Positions 44,384 through 55,221 of a stretch of DNA of 64,000 nt are shown piece by piece. The notes under the pieces were generated by a model. The model was not told where the DNA came from, did not search any database, and saw only the letters and a list, made by a program, of their open reading frames with translations. The translations under genes were made by a program, and so were the position numbers. The DNA comes from Adineta vaga (lineage: Eukaryota; Animalia; Rotifera): positions 9,796,001-9,860,000 of the forward strand of contig CP075492.1 in assembly GCA_021613535.1 (NCBI GenBank), in the 5' to 3' direction. How positions within the stretch are numbered: position 1 is the first letter of the stretch; each line of letters starts with the position of its first letter.

Positions 44384-45294
44384 ATGACATCTAAACGTGT
44401 TTGTGTATATTGTGCGTCGAGTAATGCTTGTGATCAGAAATTTTTTCAAGCTGGTCGACAATTCATGTATATCATTTTATAGCTTGTTGGATATATAATT
44501 CACAATTCCACGTTTATGGTGGAGCACAATGTGGTGTAATGGGCTATTATTATGACAATTCTTTCTGAACATCTTTCGAAAAAACGTTTATGAAAACTGA
44601 AGTACTTCATCCAGGTTAGAAACTCATCATAAAGGACGTCTTTAAATATATATTTATAGATATATACATATGTACATCTATTTGTTTAATATTTTATCAG
44701 AAAAAAAAAGAAATAATAATAAGATAATTGTTCGAATAGAAAACCATTTCTAAGAAAAAATTAAAGTCGTTAAGAGTTTATTCGGACACGATACTTCGAT
44801 TCGATCCAAGGTCAATGCGCCCGTGTGGCTCAGTGGCTAGAGCACTTGTCTAGTAAACCAGGGGTCGACAGTTCAATTCTGTCCTCGGGCATAACTAACT
44901 TATGAATTTTTTTTTTAAGAAAAGTTTTCTCGTGTTTCAATATTGTAAAGAATGTAGATGTCTACATTGAACAACTCCAGGTTTAACAGAAGTACATGAA
45001 GTTGAATCAATGCATGTTCGAAAACATGGTATGATGATGAATTCTGATGCTCTCATTGCATTACCTGGGGGCCCTGGAACAGTAGAAGAATTAATGGAAG
45101 CAATTACTTGGAAACGTTTAGAATTAATCGATGTACCAATATTTATTATTAATCTCGATGGATTTTATGACCCATTATTACAATTATTTGAAAATATGTT
45201 TAAAGAACGTTTTATTGATGAAGTTAGAGATAAACATTGGATTGTAGTCAATACTATTGAGGAAATTATTGAAAAGTTAAAATTGATGTTGTAA
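44384..45294 (+). CDS. LOG-family (LONELY GUY/YgdH-like) phosphoribohydrolase, bacterial-like; 5' part scrambled; one intron
   Basis: RVCVYCASS, VYGGAQCGVMG, SMHVRK, IALPGGPGTVEELME (PGGxGTxEE), NLDGFYDPL; intron from ccag|gttag (~44615) to ctccag (~44980). Confidence 0.85.
44819..44891 (+). tRNA. tRNA-Thr(AGT), inside the LOG intron
   Basis: Cloverleaf: acceptor GCCCGTG/CTCGGGC, D arm GCTC/GAGC, anticodon loop CT-AGT-AA, T arm GACAG-TTCAATT-CTGTC, oligo-T ~15 nt downstream; one mismatch each in the acceptor and anticodon stems. Confidence 0.85.
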
Positions 45295-45468
45295 TCTCAA
45301 GTCTCTTTTCTATGATTTATTGATATTATTCTCAAAAATGCCTTTGGTAAAATATACATGATAACCTGCTCGATTTTGCATATTAATTTAATAGCTATAT
45401 CAACACACATTCCTTTTCTTTGCACTAGTCAATACGATGATAACGTATTTTATATTAATATTTTAGAT

Positions 45469-46480
45469 ATGACTGATCTACAAATAAATACTAATCTACC
45501 ATTACGTCGTAATCGGCCGGGCACTAAATCAATAGAATGGTGTCATTGGCCAGAAGAAACATCGGAAAATATGGATTCACTCTATCATATTCAGCAAGTA
45601 AGAATACGATTTAACAAATAAAAGATCTTCAACAAAATTTCTTGTTTAGTATATTCAACAATCAATTCGTCGTAATCCATCAGATATTGATTTTATTCTT
45701 CAAGCACCAGATCAACAAGATGAAGGTGTCTGGAAATATGAACATTTACGACAATTTTGTCTTGAATTGAATGATTTAACTGTTCTTTTACAAGTATTGA
45801 AATCAAAACTAAAACAATCGATTTTCATTTAATATTAACTCGTTTTTCTTCCTATTTTAGAAAGAATGTTTACCAGAAACATGTTCACAAATGACAGCTA
45901 CCGAACAATGGATATTCTTATGTGCTGCTCATAAAAATCCTAAAGAAGTACATAGATCATAATTAATCTAATTTATTCTAAAATATGAATTTATTTTTTG
46001 GTAGTGTCCAGCAATCGATTATACAAGACATACACTCGATGGAGCAGCTTCATTATTAAATAGCAATAAATATTTTCCTAGCCGGTAAGAAAAATCTTCT
46101 ATATCATTGGTTGCATACAATGCTATTTTTCTCTGTTTAGAATCTCGATCAAAGAAACATCGATTGCGAAATTAGGTAGTGTTTGTCGTCGTATTTATCG
46201 AATATTTTCACATGCTTATTATCATCATCGTTCACTTTACGATGAATTTGAAGAACGTACACATCTCTGTCGTCGTTTTACTGTCTTTGCTCTACGTTAT
46301 GGTCTTATTCCTAAGGACAATTTAATTGTTCCTATCAATGGTGTTAATCAAGATGTAACGACAATTATGCAACAACAAACATCACCAGTTAAAATGATTC
46401 CAATTCAACCATTAAAAGACGGTGATAGTCCACCATCACCTGTTATGCCTCCTAATTCGTCAATTGAAAGTGATGCTTAA
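45469..46480 (+). CDS. MOB4: MOB4/phocein
   Basis: [75 protein letters not shown]. Confidence 0.95.
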
Positions 46481-46729
46481 TATAGTCAAAATAGACACAC
46501 ACACACAAATGTAATTTGTATGTATAAAAAATTCATTCTTAATCAAATGTGCGCGCATTTCTTTATTTCGAAAAAAAAAACAAATCAATGTAAAAACTAC
46601 TATCTTATGTTTTAATTCCATTGCAGAAAAGAGAATGAGATATGCTAAAGACAGTGCCATAAATATAGAAATAAAAACGAGATTACCAATATCGGTCATT
46701 TGAAAGAGTAAAAAGAAACGAATTATAAT

Positions 46730-48983
46730 TCAAACTTGTTGTAAACGTTTTTCAAGGTTGCTTAATTCTGTTTGGATTTCTGCGGGTAAATTTTTATTGA
46801 CATTTTCTTCGAAATATTTACGCATCGCTTGACATTCATTCAACCAGAATTCTTGCGAAACTTCCAACAAAGCAGGATTGATTTCGTCGCCACGAATACC
46901 ATTGGAATCTTTTTGGTCAGGTACTAAACCAATCGGTGTTTGACGTGCAGACGCTTGATTCATTAAACGTCGAAAGATCCAATCTATAACACGAATATTT
47001 TCACCGAAACCTGGCCAAAGAAATTGATTCGTTTCTGAATCTTTAAGAAACCAATTGACATGATAAATGCGTGGTAAATGAAGTCCATCTTTCTTTCCAA
47101 ACGATAGCCAATGTGCAAGATAATCACCGAAATTGTATCCAAAAAATGGTCGCATTGCAAATGGATCGTGCATGATTTGTTTGCCTACATAGAAGAAAAC
47201 GAAATAATCGATTTGGCTTTTTTCTTTCCTTTCATTTCTTTTTACCTTTAAATTCAGCCGCAGCTGTCGCTTCCGATCGCATACTTGCACCAACGAAAAC
47301 ACCATGTTGCCAATTGAATGATTCATAGATCAATGGCACGCCTGCAGGTCGTCGTCCACCGAAAATAATACCTTCAATGGGTACTCCCTGAGGACTATTC
47401 CATTCAGGATCGAGTATAGAACATTGTTTGATTGATGTACAAAAACTAGATTGAAGAAATGAAATGAGTGGGTGGGTGAGTGAGTGAGCGAATGTATTTT
47501 GTTTTTCTTTACCGGCTATTTGGATGAGCAGCTGGTTCACCTAAATCTACTGACCATCGTTTATTTTTCCATGAACGTACTGATGGTTCATGAAGACCAT
47601 CTATATTTTCCCCGATACCTTCCCAGTAAACACCACCATCACTAGTTTCAGCAACATTCGTGAAAATTGTATTTTCATGAACCATATCTACGAAGAGAAA
47701 TAATTAGTTTTTTTGCGAAGATCAAACTAATTTTTATATACCTAATGCAATTGGATTTGTTGATTTACTGGTACCAGGTGCGACACCAAAGAAGCCAAAT
47801 TCAGGATTAATAGCTCGTAAACGTCCTTCTTCATCAAAATGCATCCAAGCAATATCATCACCTATGCATTCAACTTTATATCCTGGAATGCCAACAGGTT
47901 GTAACATAGCTAAATTTGTTTTTCCACAAGCACTTAAAACGAACAAAAAAAGAAACTAACAATGATTATCAAACATCTTCCTGTATCATCTCTTACCTGG
48001 GAAAAGCAGCAACAAAATATTTCTTAATACCTTCAGGATTTGTTACACCCATGATCTAATTGCCAAATATTTTATTATGATATTTGGAAAAATAAATTGA
48101 TCTACTTACCAACATATGTTCAGCTAACCAACCTTCTTTTCTGGCTAATGTACTTCCAATACGTAAGGCTAAACATTTCTTTCCGCATAAAGAATTTCCA
48201 CCATAATTACTGCCAAAACTAATGATTTCATTTCGTTCTGGAAAATGTGTAATTAATGTTTGTTCAGGATTGCATGGCCATGTTGGAAATATTGGTTTAT
48301 CTGTTGGTAATGGAACTCCAACTGAATGAAGACATTTAACAATATCAGATCCATCTGAAGTTTTTATTTCTTTGAATACATTTGAATTCATTCGTGTCAT
48401 GATACGCATTGAAGCAACAACATAGGATGAATCGGTTAATTCTACAGCAACTTTTGAATATGGACTTGAATATGGACCCATCATATATGGAATAACATAC
48501 ATCGTACGACCACGCATACAACCATTGAAACGTTCTTTGAGAATTTCTAACATTTCATCCGTATCCATCCAATTACCTAATGGTGTTTGTTTTAAGTTTT
48601 TCGGTATATTTGGATCAGTAATTGTAGCAAAACCGGATGCTGGTATTGAAATAATATCAGTCATATTTTTTGTACATATAACTGTACGTGATTCCACACG
48701 AGCAACATCACGAGGATCAGTGGTAGCAATGTAACTGAAACAAAGACGAGTATTTTCTTGCAATCATTTTTTCAATCATTTCTTACCAATTTTTATATTT
48801 TCCTAAACGACGAACAACTCCAGCTGCTTCCATAGCATCTAATAATTGTTGATTTTCTTCATCACTTCCATCACATACATGAAAATTAGCTGGTTGACAT
48901 AACTTAATTTTGTCTTCTACATATTCCCGAATTTTTTCGGGAAGACTATCGAGGCAATTATTTGCATCAGTAAAGATTTCCAT
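46730..48983 (-). CDS. PCK: GTP-dependent phosphoenolpyruvate carboxykinase
   Basis: [75 protein letters not shown]. Confidence 0.95.
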
Positions 48984-49144
48984 TGTTGAATTTTTTTTTT
49001 CTTCTTCAAAGATTTAACTGTAATAAAAAAAAAATTTATTTCATTTTTATATGTATATTTTTAGATAGCTTGTTGTTTTTCTATTTTCATTTTCTCATAT
49101 TAACAAAAAACAACAGCACTAATAATAATAACATCATCATCATC

Positions 49145-50596
49145 ATGCCACCACCGCCAGCAGCACTTAAGAAAAAGACTGGAACAAAAAATCCACCTAT
49201 TTTTAGTCAAGAATATCTCATTCAAAATCATGGTAAGGAGAAAAAAAATACAGAATTTTTTAAAGTGGTCAAATGACATATTATTTAATGGACTTATTCA
49301 AACTCTATTTAAACTTATCCAGGGAATGTAGAAGAAAAAATCAAAGAATCTATTCATATTTCGTACTGTTATTTACAAATTCTCTTCTATTTAGGTGATA
49401 TCGCCTGTGGTATTTTGATGATTGTGGCCTTAGGTACAGTAGTTCATGCAACATCACCATATTGTATGGCATTTTTTGGTCCTCGTCATAACGTCACAAC
49501 ATTCGATTCATTAAATTCTATTCCGGCACCACTTTTTAATTATGGTTATAAAGATCTAGCTATGCTCTTTTCTTATACACTCATCTGTATAACGGCTCAT
49601 GCTATTTGGCAAGAATATGTTTTGGATAAACTATATAAGAAATTACATTTATCAAAATCAAAAAATGCGAAATTTTTTGAATCGGGTCAATTAGTTCTCT
49701 TTTATGCCATAAGCGTTCTTTGGGGAATTATGTTATTCAATGAAGAAGCCTACTTTCGATCTGGTTTAGAATATCTTTGGCGTGATTATCCTTATACAGG
49801 TATGACAACATGGACAAAACTTTATTTTATTGTTCAACTATCCTATTGGTTACATAATTTTCCGGAATTATATTTACAAAAAGTTCGTAAAGAAGATATT
49901 CCAGCACGTATTGTGTATACAAGTCTCTATTTAATTACAATTCTCTACGCTTATTTAACACGTTTCTGGCGTATCTCACTTGTTCTATTAACAATTCATT
50001 ATTTAATTGAAATCTTCTACCATGCTTCACGTCTTGCTCATTTCTATGCGACAATTAAAACCGGTTCAACAACAGCTAAATCAATCTCAACTTATTTATT
50101 TAAAATCTGGAATGTTATTTTTGTTATTGGTCGTCTTGCGTCAGTTGTTTTAGCCTGGTTAACATTTTGGTTTGGTTTAAAAACATCCTCAATCAATAAA
50201 ATTACATTTACAACAGCTCCAGTAACAAATTCAAACGATAATAATGGAACAATCAATGAATCGGTTATTATCTCAAATTTTAATACACCAACTGTTCGTC
50301 TCTTTACACTTGCTGCTACTGGTATTTTACAATTCTGGCTCGTTTGGAATTTTATCCAAGTAAGAAGAAAAAAACATTCTCTAGAAGTTACTTATTTATT
50401 CTTGTGTATCTAGTTTCATATGCGTCGTCGTCGTGAACAACGTAGCGCACGTCCAACAGCAATGACTTCACCAAAAGTATCTAATAAACTCAAACAAAAA
50501 CAACAAGGTTTATCAAATGGTAAATCTGATAATGACGAAATAGTTGATCAACCCGTTTTTGCTACTGGTGGTCATAGTAATAAAAAAAGCAATTAA
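49145..50596 (+). CDS. TRAM1: Translocating chain-associated membrane protein (TRAM, TLC domain)
   Basis: KNPPIFSQEYLIQNHGD, QEYVLDK, KFFESGQL, YWLHNFPELYLQK; three exons; C-terminal KKSN. Confidence 0.93.
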
Positions 50597-51952
50597 AATC
50601 TCATACTAATATCTCATAAAGAAAAAAAAAAGAAGAGGATTATACAACTATATTCTATTATTGTTGTTGTTGTTTTGTTGTAACTGTCAACATGTTGTTA
50701 TTCTTATTCTGATCATTATTATTATTATATTATTATTACTGTTGTTCTATTTTTTCTCTCTCTCTCTCTCATTGTTTTATTTAGGAAGGATAAGAACCTT
50801 CACTTCCGGTTAAAAAGAAGTTGTTCTATGATCTTCATATGTATACGTGTGATTATCTATTATTCTCTCTTTTATGTTATCATGAGTGCATTCTTCTTAG
50901 TTTTTATTTTGGGATCAAGTAAAAAATCAAAAAACACAAAAGAATACAAATATCATACGATCATGTTTGTTTTTAAATCTTACCTGATTAGTTTTGTTTT
51001 TGAAAGTAAGTAATTGACGAATACACTGAAGAAAATGTTCGCATTTATATAGAACATATGGAGGGCAAAGTATAGAAGAGAGAGAGAGAAGAAGAAAAAG
51101 AAAAACAAACGTTTTCTCTTTGTATATAGACGAGAGAAAAGGAGGTGTGTCGATTTTTCTTCTATATTATACTTTGGACCCGCATCATGATTGGTTAGTT
51201 GTTAACGGGGGTGTGTCAGATGGGTGAATGATGTCACATATATTCGCTAGTTGATATTAATGTACTGCGGAATATCGACATAAAAACACGTACTGAAAAA
51301 TCGCCTGATTCAAAATATTTTCATTTGAGGATTTACTTTCATATAAAGATAATCATTGGAAATTGAAATTAAAAATGCACGTAAAGACCGAGTCATCGAG
51401 TATCATATCACCTATCTTTTTTTTATCCTTTCTGTATACTATAGTTGAGAAGAACGTCGCAAATAATGCTGATATGATTTATCGAGGGTTTATATTTTAT
51501 TTGAAAATAAGATTGAAATGAAAACAAAAACAATGGACCGTAATGACTTTCTAACAGTTTCGAACGTACCATTTGCCATTGTTTCATAAATGTCGAAGAG
51601 TTAAGTACAAAATCAAGATTATAATTAAACTCTTCAAAGTATTTTTTTTCGATTTATTATTCTCTTCGTGTGAAGAAAAAAGAAAAGTGAAATTTAGTTG
51701 TCTTTAAATAGATGTTATTGATTGAGAAAGATCGAATGAAAGTAAAACATGTGACCAACATAAAAGCAAGAAAAGGAAATAATAGATGTATATGCGCATA
51801 TATCAAGTCGAGAAAAAACTAGTGAATGAATGCATTACGTCATCCAATACTCCATTCGATACGATTAAAACAAAAAGAAAAAAATCCAAGTTTTTTTTTT
51901 ATTCAATATTTCGAATAATTTTTTATTCATTGTTTTAGATTAATCAATAAAT

Positions 51953-53041
51953 ATGTCTTCGGCACGTAGGATACGTGCTGGCTTGGTCGGTTTTGGCATA
52001 TCAGGCCGAGTATTTCATGCACCATTTCTACATACTATGTCGAATATGTATGAATTCCGAAGTGTAGTAGAAAGACATGCAAATGAAGCTGAAAAGATTT
52101 ATCCATATATAAAAACTGTTCGTTCAACAAGTGAATTATTTGACGATCCTGATATTGATCTAGTGATCATAACGACATCAAATGATTTACATTATTCATT
52201 GAGTAAAGAAGCATTAGAAAAAGGCAAACATGTTGTTGTCGAAAAGCCAATGACAATTCGAAGTTCAGAAGCATTGGAATTAATTGAATTAGCCAAGAAA
52301 AACCAATTGATTCTTTGTCCATATCAAAATCGTCGATATGATTCAGGTTATCGTACAATAAAAGAAATCATCGAAAAGAAATTATTAGGTGATGAGATAT
52401 TAGATTGTGAAATACATTTTGATCGTTATCGACCTGAATTAAAACCTGGAAATGTATGGCGTGAAAGAAATGAGTCAGGTGCTGGCATATTTTATGATTT
52501 AGGTTCACATTTAATTGATCAAACATTAAGTTTATTTGGACATCCACAAACAATTACGGTTGATATTCGAATACAACGATCTGTTGCACAAATCGATGAT
52601 TGCTTCGATATTCGACTTGATTATGGTCATTTACGTGTTACACTTAAATCAAGTATGCTTGTAAGAGAAGTGGGTCCACGTTATGTTTTACACGGTCCAC
52701 AAGGTTCTTTTATTAAACATGGTGATGATATTCAAGAAGGTGTCCTAAGAAATGGTGCGATGCCAGTAGTTCCAAGTGAAGAAAATGATTGGGGAAAAGA
52801 ACCGATCGATGACGAAGGTCTTCTTCATACGGAAACGAAAGATGGACGAATTATTAAAGAAAAATATCAAACACTACGTGGAGATTATGGTCTTTTCTAC
52901 AAACAATTATATGCAGCAATTGTTCAAGAAAAAAACTTAGAAATTCGACCAGAAGATGGTTATAATGTTATACGAATGATTGAACTTGGCTATCAAAGTA
53001 GTCGAGAAAAGAAAACAGTGCAATGTAGTGGACTTTTATAG
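51953..53041 (+). CDS. Gfo/Idh/MocA oxidoreductase (YdgJ/IolW-like), intronless, bacterial-like
   Basis: GLVGFGISGRVFHAP Rossmann motif, GKHVVVEKP, YQNRRYD, GIFYDLGSHLIDQ. Confidence 0.9.
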   Translation: MSSARRIRAGLVGFGISGRVFHAPFLHTMSNMYEFRSVVERHANEAEKIYPYIKTVRSTSELFDDPDIDLVIITTSNDLHYSLSKEALEKGKHVVVEKPMTIRSSEALELIELAKKNQLILCPYQNRRYDSGYRTIKEIIEKKLLGDEILDCEIHFDRYRPELKPGNVWRERNESGAGIFYDLGSHLIDQTLSLFGHPQTITVDIRIQRSVAQIDDCFDIRLDYGHLRVTLKSSMLVREVGPRYVLHGPQGSFIKHGDDIQEGVLRNGAMPVVPSEENDWGKEPIDDEGLLHTETKDGRIIKEKYQTLRGDYGLFYKQLYAAIVQEKNLEIRPEDGYNVIRMIELGYQSSREKKTVQCSGLL

Positions 53042-54101
53042 ACTAATGTTTTGATGAAAAAAGAATTTTTATTTGATCGAATATTTCAAATAAAGCTAGA
53101 TGTCGATGAAAATATTCCTTGAATATCAATTCGTTTGACTAAACGAAACATACTTAGGAATATACAATGTGTAGTTAAATTGATCAGTTCCTTTAATAGT
53201 AGTCAATTTATCAATGGCCTAAAATAAACCAATGATAAACAAGGCAGAGTAATGCGTATCTCATACATTTATTTCGTTTCGTTTTGTAAGTACATATTAG
53301 ATAGGCGAGCAAGGCGAATATTATCAAATAGGATGAATCATTTGCATATATGGAATGAGTATTTGGTGTTTTCTTCAGATAATTTTGTTAAGTAGAGTAA
53401 TCAGTCTGATAAATAATACTGGTAACATTCAAATAGACATACTTTTGTCTCAAACTAAAGTTTTTATTCGAAAAAAATGTACATTCGCCGAAAGACTATT
53501 TTATGTCATAACGATCTCTTGTAAGTTTTATGTACTCAAGTGTATTTTCGAAGACTTTAAACACTTTTTTGTCATTATGTCAATATAAATTATTTTCTTT
53601 TTCTAGACAAACTTAATGAGTTTCGTAGAAGTTATTGATAAAATGTGCATAACATATGATTAATAATGCAATCACATATATCTTCGTCCTTTAAATGATA
53701 TTTAACAAACGTCACTGATTTTTTTTATGAAGGTCCCTAATTCACTATGTCTCAAATAAATATATATTCATTCGATGAAATCAGTATCATAAATCAGTTT
53801 ATTTGCTTTAAATTAATGTTTTTACATATATCAGAGAAGCGATTCATGCTCATGTTTATTTATTAGCTTCTGAATAATTCAATCCTTGTATAAGCCTTTC
53901 CATCCTTTAATGGGCACACGATGTGTAATAATTACGTCAGATCCGTAAATAGTGACTCAGTAAATCAATAAGGAAGCGACCAATGTCGTTGTCTATGTTT
54001 AATCGGCCGTTTGACAAAACAGTCATGAATCTATAAAAACGTTTCGTACGCGTGGCAGTTTCTTACAAACGAAAACTATACATTCGTCACTCATATTGTT
54101 C

Positions 54102-54496
54102 ATGTTAGCCAAGCATTACCGCAAGTAGATCACTAATTCGTACATACATAATATCTTATTTTTATTTTGTTTGATTTAGATTGTCGAATAGATATTATTC
54201 TTATTGTGTTAGTATTATTCACGGTTATGGCATATTCCGGACCAGCTATGCAAAGAATAGTCATCAACAATCATGAATGGGAAGTATCTAACGAACCGGG
54301 ATGGGAAGAAGTCATTGAAAAAGCGAATGCTGTACGAGAGCAAATCTTTCGATCTTGTAAGACACTTGCAGAATGTAGCCAAATTGTTGATAAGCTCCAT
54401 ACTATTTTCGAACGTTATCCAGCATCGAAACATTACTATGAAACTCACAAAGAAGAAGTAGAAGATATGATTTCTTCTATATTCAAATGGGGTTGA
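54102..54496 (+). CDS. Small secreted protein, paralog A (C-terminal SSIFKWG)
   Basis: ATG 54102, phase-1 GC-AG intron (gcaagt at 54121 to ag at 54179), hydrophobic signal IILIVLVLFTVMAYS, CxxxxxC, clear paralog at 58732. Confidence 0.75.
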
Positions 54497-54869
54497 ATAT
54501 ATTCAACTCTTAGGTGAATAATTTTTATTTTTTTCAAAGATTGTATAAACTGTTGCCGTCAGTCACAAATAACTCGCGTTTTTTCTGTATAATTTAATTT
54601 GAGTCTGAAGTGTATAATTTATGTAATCAGGTAAGAAAAAAACTCCGATATATATATATATTCTTAGCATGAGAATGCGTAGGAATATTGTTTTATAATA
54701 AAACAATTATAAAAATCATGTTTATAAATTTATGAAGATCAATTTTTGTTGATAATAGTATCATTTGTCAGTCGAAAATCTTATATGATGAAAGATTACA
54801 AAAGTATTCTTGCGTAATTCATTGTGACGGAAATATATCTGTTTGATTTGTCGAGAAAAAAAATATGGC

Positions 54870-54987
54870 GACGAGTGTCGATTTGATCCCAGCCCATGGT
54901 AGCTAGGTTCACCTTGCGGTGATTAGCTAACCGAATAGTAGTGCTTCAGTCTCAATACATTGATTTGAACCGGGATCGCGGCTCATC
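54870..54987 (-). ncRNA. Putative structured Pol III small RNA, variant L (family unrecognised)
   Basis: 5'/3' ends pair; 12-bp stem; four-way junction; GCAA tetraloop; T-run after the 3' end; TATA-like element at about -24 to -31. Confidence 0.55.
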
Positions 54988-55103
54988 GAGCTCTTTCTAT
55001 TCTTTTGTGCTATATAAATTGTGTTGCAGTTGATGTTGTGCAAGAATATTGCACAAGATGAAAATAAAACAAGACAAAAGGAAAGATAGAAGTGAATGTC
55101 ATC

Positions 55104-55221
55104 GATGAGCCGCGATCTCGATTCAAATCAATGTATTGAGACTGAAGCACTACTATTCGGTTAGTCAATCACCGCAAGGTGAATTTGGCTGCCATGGATC
55201 GGGATCAAATCGACACTCGTC
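55104..55221 (+). ncRNA. Putative structured Pol III small RNA, variant R
   Basis: Same fold as variant L with compensatory and wobble substitutions; T-run at 55230-55237. Confidence 0.55.

Noticed and set aside
54870-55221. Arms as tRNA, 5S rRNA or an amber suppressor (3' end CTCGTCG-CCA resembles tRNA-Ser; CTA is central in a 9-nt loop; GGTTCAAATC resembles a B-box)
   Set aside because: No canonical D or T arm, no U33, the B-box-like string lies within a covarying stem, and there is no 5S sequence similarity beyond length
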